IMG/VR virus record: IMGVR_UViG_3300044641_003586
Location: 1-62,763 of that record
Length of the DNA stretch: 62,763 nucleotides
Strand: one strand, 5' to 3'
From: a virus
Lineage: Duplodnaviria; Caudoviricetes
Shown here in pieces: positions 50,349-59,904 of this stretch (positions are counted from its first letter, which is position 1; each line of letters begins with the position of its first letter). The position numbers and the translations under genes were made by a program. The notes under the pieces were generated by a model. The model was given only the letters and a program-made list of their open reading frames with translations, had not been told where the DNA came from and did not search any database.

Positions 50349-51368
50349 ATGAAAACACTAAGCCGCACAGTTGACGAATTGACCCACACGCCAACCAACA
50401 TCCGCACAGCTGCCGCTCGCAGCTTGCGCCGCTATATACTGCCGAGCGGTGACGCCTCGTCGCTGCGCCTCGCGATTTTAAGTCGCCAAGGCGTGAAACT
50501 TAACGGCGGCACGCTCAAATCCGCACGATACTACGCACAACGCAAAAACGACCCATTGACCGAACCCCTTAAAAAGCGACACGACGAGCGAGGATTCCAA
50601 CTGCTTTCCAAGCTTGGAAAAGACCGAGCAGGGGAAATGGTCACTTTCGAGATCGAATGTTTTCTGCCACGCAACAGCGTGCAACCACTGAAGGAATCTT
50701 TGCCGCTAGCCGTGCAAATGGTAAGCGATGGCAGTTTATCGAGCGCAGACAGTCCAAGGACGCGTGAAATGGAAGGGATCGAACTTCGCATTCCGTGCAG
50801 CGTGACCGACTACTCCCGCCTATTCCACGTCTGCCGCCTACTTTCGCTCCACGGCGCTAGGGTAAACAAAACCTGTGGATTGCACGTGCACTTTGACATG
50901 CGTGACCTTTCACCGCTCAAACGCTACGCAGACATTAAAGCCGAGGGTGCAAGGCTCCACTCCGTCATCTCCACAGTCGGCCGCTACCTCGTGCCCCCGT
51001 CAAGGCTCAATAATAGGTACTGCGCCCTGACCCCGCCCTCACTGCGCGACCGTTATCGCGCAGTGAACGCCGAGTCCACAGGCAAACACGGCACGCTGGA
51101 AGTTCGCTTGCACAGCGGGACCGTCGAAGCAGACAAAGCCCGACTTTGGGCGGAGTGGTGCCTTTTCTTCCTGCGCCGCCCTCTCTCCAAGTCGCAGAAA
51201 ACCAGCCTCTCAGCGGTGCATTCTCCTGCCGCTGCTCTCGACTGGATTCTACGCTCCGACCTGCCCCCCACCCTCAAATGGTGGTCAGCCCAACGGCTTG
51301 AAAAGTTTCACCCTTCCGCCGTCTCATTGCCAAGCTCAGGCTCCAACGCCGCAGAAGCGAGCGAATAA
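50349..51368 (+). CDS. amidoligase (COOH-NH2 ligase) family protein
   Basis: TFEIE, SDGSL, GIELR, NKTCGLHVHFD, RYRAVN, GTLEVRLHSGT. Confidence 0.88.
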   Translation: MKTLSRTVDELTHTPTNIRTAAARSLRRYILPSGDASSLRLAILSRQGVKLNGGTLKSARYYAQRKNDPLTEPLKKRHDERGFQLLSKLGKDRAGEMVTFEIECFLPRNSVQPLKESLPLAVQMVSDGSLSSADSPRTREMEGIELRIPCSVTDYSRLFHVCRLLSLHGARVNKTCGLHVHFDMRDLSPLKRYADIKAEGARLHSVISTVGRYLVPPSRLNNRYCALTPPSLRDRYRAVNAESTGKHGTLEVRLHSGTVEADKARLWAEWCLFFLRRPLSKSQKTSLSAVHSPAAALDWILRSDLPPTLKWWSAQRLEKFHPSAVSLPSSGSNAAEASE

Positions 51369-51406
51369 TTCCCCCCCCATAACATAACCACCAAACGTAA
51401 AAACAT

Positions 51407-52246
51407 ATGTGCAAAATTTTTGGAATCACCTCTACCGCTGGACTTCAAATGACAGCCCTTCACGGACTCATCCAGCGATCCCATAAAAGCCTGACCGCAA
51501 CTCAAAAAGACGGCTTCGGGTTCGCGATAGGCTCCGGCGACGGCAACCACTACGTGGAAAAATGGGACAACCCAGCCAATTTCCCCGGTGCGGGACAATG
51601 GCCCAGCATTCGCGCCAACCTCGCAGGACTGCCCGTTGAGGCCGATTGTTGGACCGCTGGCACATTCCCCACCGCCCCCGGCGGTGCATACATCGCACAC
51701 GCTAGGACCGCGACATGCAGCCGAGGCGCGGAGAACGCACACCCGCACAGCTCTCACGGATGGGCAGTAGTCCACAATGGAGTGGTGCAGCCTACCAAAG
51801 GCCGCACCAAGCCTTGTGATTCAATCCATATTCTTGATTCCCTTGTGACGCACAAAGGGGCCTCAAAACTCCATGCAGACGTTGCAGGTTATCTCGCAAT
51901 TCTTGCGATTGACCCCAAAGGCAGACTTTCCGCTCTACGCGACGAACGCGCCCCGCTCGTTGTTGCCTGGGTGCCGAGCTTGTCGGCTTGGGCGTTTGCT
52001 TCATCCGATGCCTTGCTTGCCGAGATTGTCAGCGCGCCGCACGATAAAGCATACACGCTGCAACCATACCGCCACGCAACCCACACTGGCAAAGGTTGGA
52101 CGCACGAGGAGGTCAAAAGATGGGACGCAAGCAAGGCAATCAGCTCCAAAGCATCCAAGGCCTTCGGAGATCGTCCTTTGCTTAACGACGAGTTCCCGGA
52201 ATACTCCGGTAGCAAGTGGCACAGTAACAAAAAATGGAGCTTCTAA
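51407..52246 (+). CDS. class II (Ntn) glutamine amidotransferase
   Basis: MCKIFG (Cys2), DGFG, HARTAT, NAHPH, HNGVV, CDS, FAS. Confidence 0.9.
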   Translation: MCKIFGITSTAGLQMTALHGLIQRSHKSLTATQKDGFGFAIGSGDGNHYVEKWDNPANFPGAGQWPSIRANLAGLPVEADCWTAGTFPTAPGGAYIAHARTATCSRGAENAHPHSSHGWAVVHNGVVQPTKGRTKPCDSIHILDSLVTHKGASKLHADVAGYLAILAIDPKGRLSALRDERAPLVVAWVPSLSAWAFASSDALLAEIVSAPHDKAYTLQPYRHATHTGKGWTHEEVKRWDASKAISSKASKAFGDRPLLNDEFPEYSGSKWHSNKKWSF

Positions 52247-52247
52247 C

Positions 52248-52400
52248 ATGCCCACCCGCGACCATAACACCTATCGAGACCACTACCGCAGCACAGCGGA
52301 GACGCTCGCCAGACGCGCCGAGCTAAAGCGGGTTATCCGCTGGCTCATTGCCTATGCTCTTGTCGGAGCTTTCGCCGCAGCGGTAGCCCTTGCCGCTTGA
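52248..52400 (+). CDS. small membrane protein
   Basis: 50 aa with a C-terminal hydrophobic helix; starts just after the GATase stop. Confidence 0.45.
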   Translation: MPTRDHNTYRDHYRSTAETLARRAELKRVIRWLIAYALVGAFAAAVALAA

Positions 52401-52581
52401 TGCTAAACCACCGCGCCCTTTGCCTAGCAGGGGCGCGGCATTTAGCACCACACACGCCACACACCACACGCCATGCCACAACGACCACGGCGATCCCTGC
52501 TCATGGTGAACGAGCGACGATGCTGCCGCCCTCATGGACTCGCTATCCGAAACGCTCGCCTAGACGCAGCCCCAAAAAACC

Positions 52582-52625
52582 TGTTCAAATGACCACTGTT
52601 CAAACGAGCACTGTTCAATCGAACA
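52582..52625. promoter_or_regulatory. three tandem LexA-like boxes
   Basis: TGTTC-AAAT-GACCA, TGTTC-AAAC-GAGCA, TGTTC-AATC-GAACA at a 15-nt period. Confidence 0.65.
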
Positions 52626-52726
52626 GTCCGGCCTCAGATTTTTCTACGTCCGCCCAATATGTCCGCCCTTGTTAGGATCAAATGTCAGAGCAGCAAAGAG
52701 CAGCAAAAAAGAGCAGAAAAAAGATT

Positions 52727-52755
52727 TTGACAGTTCTCCTTTATGAGAATATATC
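52727..52755 (+). promoter_or_regulatory. sigma70-like promoter
   Basis: TTGACA-17 nt-TATATC upstream of 52795. Confidence 0.45.
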
Positions 52756-52794
52756 AAAGCCGCAGTCGAAACCCATAACACACCACAACACCCC

Positions 52795-53106
52795 ATGAAA
52801 CTCACCATCACAATCGAACTGAACGAAGACGAAAAAGGCTGGATTACCTGCCCTGAAATGCGCTCTTCATTCCCCACGAAAAACGCCACCAAGGACGTTG
52901 CCGCACTTGTCTCAGAGGCTATTGACCTTGCTGAAGAAGCGCAGACGATGCCTGCCGCCGTGCAATATCCCCCCATGCCTTGCTTGCGCCAGCATTCCTC
53001 TCATTGGGCGAAGGAGCGAAGAGCAGGACTGTTGGCTATGGTGAACGACCCAACTGCCAGTCCGCAAGAACGCTTCCTTGCTGCCGCAATCCTCAAGCAA
53101 CCCTAA
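52795..53106 (+). CDS. hypothetical protein (HicB-like N-terminus)
   Basis: ITIELNEDEKGWITCPEM...EAIDL. Confidence 0.5.
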   Translation: MKLTITIELNEDEKGWITCPEMRSSFPTKNATKDVAALVSEAIDLAEEAQTMPAAVQYPPMPCLRQHSSHWAKERRAGLLAMVNDPTASPQERFLAAAILKQP

Positions 53107-53340
53107 ACGCCACCACCCCATGAATCCTCGCTTCCTCATCACTTACAGCATCGCCTCACGATCCTACACGATCACGATGCCTGGCATCTCCGCATCGCAC
53201 ATCTGGCGATCATGGGACCGCCCCGGTTCTACGCTTTTAAACGTGGTTGAATGCGACCACCACGGATTGCCAGAGCAGTAAAGAGAGCAGTAAAAACCAT
53301 TTGCCTATCTGAGAAAGAGCCGTAAATCAAAATCCATAAT

Positions 53341-54069
53341 ATGACACAAGATATGACCATCGAACAGTTTTGCCGCAAGCACAAAGCTTGCGGAGAAGGC
53401 CAAGAATGGGCTTTAGCCTCCTGCTCCACCATGCAGGAAGTTTGGAACAACGTCAGACCAGAATGGCTCATTTGGGTTGCAACCCGTTTGGGCGTGTTGA
53501 CCGATAAAGAGCTTCGGTTATTTGCGGTATTTGCCGCAAGGCAAGTGCAACACTTGATGACCGATTCGCGCTCAATAGCAGCTATTGATGTTGCAGAACG
53601 GTTTGCGAATGGCGAAGCGAGTGTCGAGGAACTTGAAACAGCATACGCAGCAGCAAGGGCAGTAGCAAGGGCAGCAGCATCGGCAGCAGCATACGCAACA
53701 ACAAGCGCAGCAAGGGCAGCAGCAAGGGTAGCAACATCGGCAGCAAGGGCAGCAACATGGGCATCAGACGCAGCAACATCGGCAGCAAGGACAGCAACAA
53801 ACGCAGCAAACGCAGCAAGGGCAGCAGCATACGCATCAGACGCAGCAGCAGAAGCAGAAGCATACGCAGCAACAGGAGCAGAAGCATACGCAGCAGCATG
53901 GGCAGTAGCAAAGGCAGTAGCAACAGACGTAGCATCATGCGCAGCAAGGACAGCAGCAGACAACGCAAGGGTGGCAGCATACGCAGCAGCATGGGCAACA
54001 AACAACGCAGCCATGAAAGAATCTCAAGCCACATGGCTCCGGGAAAACACCACGCCTAATTTTCTATGA
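53341..54069 (+). CDS. phage protein with Imm5-like helical domain and Ala-rich repeat
   Basis: AC.EG..W...EWLIW...LRLFAVFAARQV.HL.TD.RS..AIDVAERFA.G, then a GCA-rich tract at 53641-54012. Confidence 0.75.
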   Translation: MTQDMTIEQFCRKHKACGEGQEWALASCSTMQEVWNNVRPEWLIWVATRLGVLTDKELRLFAVFAARQVQHLMTDSRSIAAIDVAERFANGEASVEELETAYAAARAVARAAASAAAYATTSAARAAARVATSAARAATWASDAATSAARTATNAANAARAAAYASDAAAEAEAYAATGAEAYAAAWAVAKAVATDVASCAARTAADNARVAAYAAAWATNNAAMKESQATWLRENTTPNFL

Positions 54070-54266
54070 AAACACCAAACTCAATAGTCGAGCTTCTTCG
54101 GAAGCATCACAACGAAGCTGCATCACCTATGGCCTTCATTCGGGCTATACGCGAGAAGTGCGGAGTCCACACATCCAGCGTTTATCGTTGGGTGAACGGA
54201 GAAAAGTTTCCGAACGGTCAGCACACGTTATCCATCCTCGATTACCTTAACGAGCAAGAGCCGTAA
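54066..54266 (+). CDS. Cro-like HTH protein
   Basis: IREKCGVHTSSVYRWVNGEKFP. Confidence 0.7.
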   Translation: MKTPNSIVELLRKHHNEAASPMAFIRAIREKCGVHTSSVYRWVNGEKFPNGQHTLSILDYLNEQEP

Positions 54267-54536
54267 AATGGAACTACTCGCTGATATTTTAATCGTTGTG
54301 TGGATCCCCATTACGATCATCGCCGCCATTCATTTACTTTTCAAACTTGTATGAGCCGTTACGGAAACTCAATGATCCCCAGTGATCGTCAATATGATGA
54401 ATACTACGCAATTCGTTGCGAAGATTGCAACGTGAAGCTCAACACCGAAGAACTCAAGCGAGGCGATCCATATCTCTGCGAGATTTGCTTTGAACGCGAA
54501 CAAGAAACCGAAGAAGAATAAACACAAATAACCACC

Positions 54537-55271
54537 ATGAACACACCACGACCCACACCAGAGACAGATGCGGCATGGGCCTGTTTCAAAGGCCACACGG
54601 AATTGTTGCATGATGTTAAGAATTTAAGCCGCAAACTTGAACGCGAGCGCGACGAGGCGAGAAAGGAACTCTCCTCAATACACCGATGGATTGAGCGAAA
54701 TCATGCAGATGGATTTATTGACTCGCTAACTTATTTGCAGAATTTAGAGAGAGTTACGGATTCTTGGTATGATCGTATCGATGCTATAGAAACAGACGCT
54801 CGTCGTTTCGTAAGAGAGCGCGACGAGGCGAAGGAGCTGCATAAAAAATCTTTATGCGAACGCGAAGCGGCTGAACGGGAGTCTGATGCTACGCTTGAAC
54901 GAGCGCATAAAGCAGAACGCGAGCGCGACGAGGCCCTGTCATTGATAACAAAAACAAAAGCCATCCTCCAACAAGTTGATTTACCCGACGAGCTTTTGGA
55001 TGTGCAAGCGCAACGCATGGTTAATCAGCACGACTGGCAACTTGGCATTGCCAGAGGTCAGGCAAAGCAAATCGAGCAGGCAAATCGCACGGTTCACACC
55101 ATGCGCGAAGCCATCAAGGAGGCTCACACCGAGCTTTCCAATATCCTTGACATTATTAACAACTCTCGCGGTGTCGATAATTGGCACCTCAATGGAGCCG
55201 TAGCGACATGGAATGAGTTCGACATAAACCCTGCCGTTGCCCTCACCAAACTCCAACCCTTCATATCATGA
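54537..55271 (+). CDS. coiled-coil phage protein with (E)RERDEA repeats
   Basis: PTPETDAA...RKLERERDEA; three ERDEA copies. Confidence 0.7.
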   Translation: MNTPRPTPETDAAWACFKGHTELLHDVKNLSRKLERERDEARKELSSIHRWIERNHADGFIDSLTYLQNLERVTDSWYDRIDAIETDARRFVRERDEAKELHKKSLCEREAAERESDATLERAHKAERERDEALSLITKTKAILQQVDLPDELLDVQAQRMVNQHDWQLGIARGQAKQIEQANRTVHTMREAIKEAHTELSNILDIINNSRGVDNWHLNGAVATWNEFDINPAVALTKLQPFIS

Positions 55272-55585
55272 CCGACGAACAAATGAAAATCTCGATTGCG
55301 GAAAGCGTTGGCTACAAAGAGCTATTTATGGACAACGGAAAGTCCATGATCCCGCAAAGATGGGAATCTCCGTATGATGAGTTTTGCTATGTCGCAGAAA
55401 GACTCCCCGACTATTTCAACGACCGCAACGCCTGCGCGGAGTTTGAGAAGACGCTGACGGACGCAGAACACGATGCGTATCGCGCACACATCTGGGAGAT
55501 GACATTTATGCCTAGAGATTGTTTTTCCGCCACCGCCCGCCAACGCAGCATCGCATTCCTCAAAACGAAAGGAATCCTGCCATGA
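55268..55585 (+). CDS. phage ABA-sandwich-like protein
   Basis: IAE..G...LPDYFNDRNA..E.EK.L...ATARQR..AFL. Confidence 0.65.
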   Translation: MTDEQMKISIAESVGYKELFMDNGKSMIPQRWESPYDEFCYVAERLPDYFNDRNACAEFEKTLTDAEHDAYRAHIWEMTFMPRDCFSATARQRSIAFLKTKGILP

Positions 55586-55767
55586 AAACTAAACAATGGA
55601 TGGTAATTCATTCGTCCGGCAACCTTTACGCCGCTAGCAATGCCGGAACTCAAAAAGAGGCCAAGAAACGTCATTGTTCAGACACAGGCAATCCGTGGCC
55701 TGTTGCACACAAAAACGGGGATCGCCTCGTAAAGGTAGCAATCTCAATTATCAAAGAACAGCTATGA
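55582..55767 (+). CDS. hypothetical protein
   Basis: Coupled (ATGA) on both sides. Confidence 0.55.
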   Translation: MKTKQWMVIHSSGNLYAASNAGTQKEAKKRHCSDTGNPWPVAHKNGDRLVKVAISIIKEQL

Positions 55768-56096
55768 CCCCCACCCAACTCGACCACCTCAAGCGCATTG
55801 ACGCTCACCTTGAACGTCTCATCGGCATCGCCTCAAAGCGGACGCCGGGGGAGTGGGAGCAAGATCATATTTACGTCGATACCTCCGACAAAGCCGACCT
55901 AATAAAGGCCGATGGTAATGTGAGAAACGCCACCTTCATTGCCTCCTGCGCTGGCAACGCCGAGGCCGGGTGGAAGGCCACGCGGGAAACGATTGCATGG
56001 CTCGACCGTATGGGAGCCATGATGGGCTTGAACTCGGTAGAGCAAAAACTGGCTGACTCCATCCTCGCTGCCTTTCCCCTCGAAACTCTCAAATAA
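55764..56096 (+). CDS. Ead/Ea22-like protein
   Basis: TPGEW...NATFIA motif. Confidence 0.6.
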   Translation: MTPTQLDHLKRIDAHLERLIGIASKRTPGEWEQDHIYVDTSDKADLIKADGNVRNATFIASCAGNAEAGWKATRETIAWLDRMGAMMGLNSVEQKLADSILAAFPLETLK

Positions 56097-56280
56097 ATCA
56101 ATATGACCATTGAAATCAACCGCAGTCGCGGCATACTCGCCGCTCTCGATTACCTAAACATGACCGTGCCGAAAACGCCTGTCATTGGTAGGATCAGACA
56201 ATTTTCCAAAGCCCCTCTGCTTGGGACGCCGAAGACCTCGGTGGAATTGAGGAACACTAAAACACAAGACTAATAAGTAT

Positions 56281-56655
56281 ATGAACATTGATAACATGAC
56301 CATTGGTGAAGCAAAAGCTATTGCAGCATTGTTTTCCAACCAACTACAACCACAACCACAACCGGAAGGCGCTCATCCCATGATTGGTAGGCGTTGCGTA
56401 ATCCGCACTTACTCTGCTGGAGTCCACATTGGCGATGTGGTGAGCGTCACAAACGGAATGGAGGTTCTTCTCAATAACGCATTAAGGCTTTGGAAATGGG
56501 AAGGTGGCGGTCTGAGTTTGTCCGCAGTAGCTAACAACGGAATTAAAGGAGGTCGCCTCAATCGAACTGGTGAGGTTTATTTAACCAATGTTATTGAGTT
56601 TATCCCAATCACCGAACGTGCCAATAAAACCTATGAGCAATTCATTGAGGGTTAA
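56281..56655 (+). CDS. DUF6948-like beta-barrel protein
   Basis: IGRRCVIRTYSAGVHIG...EV.L.NA.RLWKW.G..SLSAVA..G...IE.IP.T. Confidence 0.75.
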   Translation: MNIDNMTIGEAKAIAALFSNQLQPQPQPEGAHPMIGRRCVIRTYSAGVHIGDVVSVTNGMEVLLNNALRLWKWEGGGLSLSAVANNGIKGGRLNRTGEVYLTNVIEFIPITERANKTYEQFIEG

Positions 56656-56914
56656 ACACCACGGAGAAGGGCCGTGTAACACTGTGAGCGGCGATGGCAG
56701 TGGCGATGGCGATGGCGATGGCAGTGGCAGTGGCGGTGGCTATGGCTATGGCAGTGGCTATGGCAGTGGCTATGGCAGTGGCTATGGCGATGGCAGTGGC
56801 GGTGGCTATGGCTATGGCAGTGGCTATGGCGGTGGCTTTGGCTACGGCGATGGCAGTGGCAGTGGCTATGGCGGTGGCTTTGGCTACGGCGATGGCAGTG
56901 GCAATGGCAATTAA
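56633..56914 (+). CDS. (Gly-X)37 repeat protein
   Basis: ATG 56633; 37 GGC-NNY hexamers at 56690-56911, ending exactly at TAA. Confidence 0.6.
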   Translation: MSNSLRVKHHGEGPCNTVSGDGSGDGDGDGSGSGGGYGYGSGYGSGYGSGYGDGSGGGYGYGSGYGGGFGYGDGSGSGYGGGFGYGDGSGNGN

Positions 56915-56943
56915 AAATCAACTCAGACCCAAATACAAAACAC

Positions 56944-57696
56944 ATGAGCACAGAAAATACAGAAACAGCAGCACCAACCCGTCAGCTTGCGAAGCAGCAA
57001 GCGACACTCAAAGACCTGATTAGCGGAGATAAGTTCCGCGAACAAGTTTCCCTCGCGCTTCCAGCGCATCTTACGCCTGAGCGTTTCAGCCGTATCGCTT
57101 TGAATGCCCTTCAGCGCACACCGAAGCTGCAAGACTGCACGCAAGCCAGCTTGTTTAAGTGCTTGCTTGATATGGCAGCTATGGGCATTGAGCCTGATGG
57201 TCGTCGGGCGCATCTCATCCCGTATGGCAACGAAGTCACGCTGATCCTCGATTACAAGGGTCTTCTGGAACTCGTTCGCCGTTCGGGTGATGTGGTTAGC
57301 ATCCGTTCCGAACTCGTCTGCGAGAACGATGAGTTCAGTTGGGAGAACGGTAAAGTCACGCACAAGATTGATTGGCGCAAACCCCGTGGCGAAATGCAAG
57401 CTGTGTATGCCGAGGCCGTTCTCAAGTCGGGTGAAACGCAAACTGCGACCATGACCAAGGATGAAGTGGATGCCATTCGCAAACGCAGTCGCAGTGGTAG
57501 CAATGGACCTTGGGCAACGGACTACGGTGAAATGGCGAAGAAGACAACCCTCCGCCGTTTGTGCAAATTGCTTCCGCTCTCTCCTGAGATTGCCGAGCAC
57601 GTTGACAAGGATCAGGACATCCGCACGGAAATCGACATCACGCCGAAGCCTGCCGCCTCCCTCAACCTTCCAAGCCAACAGGAGGTCGCGCAATGA
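56944..57696 (+). CDS. recT: RecT family single-strand annealing protein
   Basis: LPAHLTPERF.RIAL...PKL..C...S; AHLIPYG; YKGLLEL.RRSG; PWATDY.EMAKKT.LRRL.K.LP.S. Confidence 0.93.
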   Translation: MSTENTETAAPTRQLAKQQATLKDLISGDKFREQVSLALPAHLTPERFSRIALNALQRTPKLQDCTQASLFKCLLDMAAMGIEPDGRRAHLIPYGNEVTLILDYKGLLELVRRSGDVVSIRSELVCENDEFSWENGKVTHKIDWRKPRGEMQAVYAEAVLKSGETQTATMTKDEVDAIRKRSRSGSNGPWATDYGEMAKKTTLRRLCKLLPLSPEIAEHVDKDQDIRTEIDITPKPAASLNLPSQQEVAQ

Positions 57697-58487
57697 TTAT
57701 CCACGACGAAGCCACCTACCGAGCGCATCCCGCTCTCAATTATTCTTCAGCTAAATCACTGCTGAAATCGCCCAAGCACTTCCAAGCCGCGCTCAATCGC
57801 AAGTTTGAGCCTTCGCGGGAGATGATTATTGGCAGCGCGGTCCACAGCATCGTTCTGGAGGGCAAGCAACCTTCCTACATCGTTCGTCCTGCTGATCTCG
57901 ACCTTCGCACCAAGGAGGGTAAAGCATGGCGGGATAAGCACGCTGGCATGGAAATCGTTACGCAGGAAGATCACGACATTGTGCTTAAAGCTGCCGCTGC
58001 TGTGCAAGCTAGTCTTGACGCGCAGTATCTTCTCAAACTTTGTCCGCACCGAGAGATTGGTATTGTCTCCAATTACACCGGAGTGGAAATCAAAGGCAGG
58101 TTGGATGCTCATGGCAAAGACGAAGCTGGAAAGCCGATCATTCTGGACTTCAAGACAACGAGCGATGCTGATCCTGAAACGTGGGGCAAGAAAGCCTTTG
58201 GCCTTCGCTACCCCATGCAGACAGCATGGTATGAATCTCTACTAGCTCTTGAACTTGGCCTTGAAGAACCACCTGCTTATTTCTGGCTTGTGGTTGAGAC
58301 GCAAGACCCATTCGATGTTGTGATTTATCAGCCACCCGAAGAAGCTCTGGAGATTGGCCGCGCTCAAATGAAGCATTGCATCGAAAGCTATAAAACGTGC
58401 CTTGCCACAGGTAAATGGCCGGGATACACAAAAGGAATCATTCAGCTTGAAGTTCCTGTATGGGAACGCAAACGCTGGATCAAGTAA
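57693..58487 (+). CDS. RecE/exonuclease VIII-like PD-(D/E)XK nuclease
   Basis: S.AK.LL.SP; GSAVH; KGRLD; DFKTT; Y.MQ.AWY. Confidence 0.88.
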   Translation: MIIHDEATYRAHPALNYSSAKSLLKSPKHFQAALNRKFEPSREMIIGSAVHSIVLEGKQPSYIVRPADLDLRTKEGKAWRDKHAGMEIVTQEDHDIVLKAAAAVQASLDAQYLLKLCPHREIGIVSNYTGVEIKGRLDAHGKDEAGKPIILDFKTTSDADPETWGKKAFGLRYPMQTAWYESLLALELGLEEPPAYFWLVVETQDPFDVVIYQPPEEALEIGRAQMKHCIESYKTCLATGKWPGYTKGIIQLEVPVWERKRWIK

Positions 58488-58512
58488 GACAAACACCAAA
58501 GACAAACAAAAT

Positions 58513-59571
58513 ATGAATGAAAATATCACATTAGTTATTCCCAACGGGGATATGTTGCCTCAATCCATGCTGTCTAATATCCGCGAAGGATTCCAGTCAG
58601 CATTTGAGCAAGCTGAAACATGGAGAGAAAAAGCTCTTGCTATCAAAGTCACTTCATTGGCAGACAAAGAAGCTATGAAACAAGCTCGCGAAATGCGTCT
58701 AGTTTTGAAAAACATTCGTGTCGAAGCCGAGAAAAAACGCAAAGCTCTAAAAGAAGATGCTCTTGTAATGGGGCGAGCCATTGATGGTGTAAACAACCTG
58801 CTTCTTGCGGCCATCCAGCCACTTGAGAGGCACCTTGAAGAACAAGAGAGGTTCGCTGAACGCTTGGCTGAACAAGAGCGCCAACGCCGCTTGAGTGAGC
58901 GCACCGAAGCACTTCAACCATATCTTGAAGCAAATCAGGTGATTCCAGCCTTGGATGCGATGACAGACGACCAGTTTGCCAAGTATCTTGAAGATGCGAA
59001 ATTGCTGCACGCCGCTAAGCTCGAAGCAGCCAAAAAAGCCGAGGCAGAACGCATCGCTCGCGAGCAAGCTGAAGCCGCTGAACGTGAACGTCTCCGCATT
59101 GAGAACGAACGCCTCAGAGCGGAGGCTGCTGAACGAGAAGCCAAAGCAAAAGCAGAGCGCGAAGCCGCTGAAAAGGCTCAACGTGAAGCCGCTGAAAAAG
59201 CTCGCAAAGAACGTGAAGCTATTGAAGCCAAAGCAAAAGCAGAGCGCGAAGCCGCTGAACTTGAGCTTAATCGCATCAAGGCGGAACAAGAGGCCGCAGC
59301 CAAGAAGGAACGTGAAGCACGCGAAAAGTTGGAGCGCGAGTTGGCAGCAAAAAAAGCAGCCGAAGAAGCCAAGGCTAAAGCAGAGGCCGAGGCAATTAAA
59401 AAGGCTGCACAAGCTCCTGATAAAGAAAAGCTGCTACTCATTGCTGAATCGGTTCGGTCCATCAAGATGCCATCTGTTTCGACAGATGAAGCAAAACGGA
59501 TACTTGCTGACATCTCAACCAAACGCGATAACTTTGCAAAGTGGATCGAAAATCAAATCGCCACAATTTAA
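58513..59571 (+). CDS. coiled-coil phage protein (E/A/K/R-rich)
   Basis: AREMRL.LK.IRVE.EKKRK.LKE...GRAID; long charged helix. Confidence 0.75.
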   Translation: MNENITLVIPNGDMLPQSMLSNIREGFQSAFEQAETWREKALAIKVTSLADKEAMKQAREMRLVLKNIRVEAEKKRKALKEDALVMGRAIDGVNNLLLAAIQPLERHLEEQERFAERLAEQERQRRLSERTEALQPYLEANQVIPALDAMTDDQFAKYLEDAKLLHAAKLEAAKKAEAERIAREQAEAAERERLRIENERLRAEAAEREAKAKAEREAAEKAQREAAEKARKEREAIEAKAKAEREAAELELNRIKAEQEAAAKKEREAREKLERELAAKKAAEEAKAKAEAEAIKKAAQAPDKEKLLLIAESVRSIKMPSVSTDEAKRILADISTKRDNFAKWIENQIATI

Positions 59572-59589
59572 CACCAAAGACAAAGACAC

Positions 59590-59904
59590 ATGCCGACACC
59601 CATCATTGCTAAAATCGACGTTAAGAAGATCAACAAGGAATGGCTCTACACGGGAGCCAAGGGAACCTATCTGGATGCCGTGGTTTACGAAAACGATGCT
59701 GTTGACCAGTATGGCAACTCGCATGTTATCAAGCAAAATCCGCCCAAGGAAGCACGCGACCAAGGTGCGAAACCCGTCATCATCGGCAACTGCCGCTGGA
59801 TGCCTCAAAAGAACGGCTCTGGCAACGCCAAGCCTGCTCCACGTCCAGCGAAGCAGGATTCGTTTGCGGATGACACGGGCGACGATACAAGCATCCCATT
59901 TTGA
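59590..59904 (+). CDS. putative single-stranded DNA-binding protein
   Basis: IDV.KI.K..L..G.KG.YL...DQYGN...IIGN; acidic tail DDTSIPF. Confidence 0.75.
   Translation: MPTPIIAKIDVKKINKEWLYTGAKGTYLDAVVYENDAVDQYGNSHVIKQNPPKEARDQGAKPVIIGNCRWMPQKNGSGNAKPAPRPAKQDSFADDTGDDTSIPF

Noticed and set aside
53229-54059. Alternative-frame Ala/Leu/Ser-rich ORFs, and the MAVAMA/HCHSH ORFs at 56652-57023
   Set aside because: By-products of stop-free low-complexity repeats.
57160-57168. Spacer-1 match (tgcttgctt) in recT as a self-target
   Set aside because: A single 9-mer match is expected by chance in 63 kb, and the partner half-site is not adjacent.
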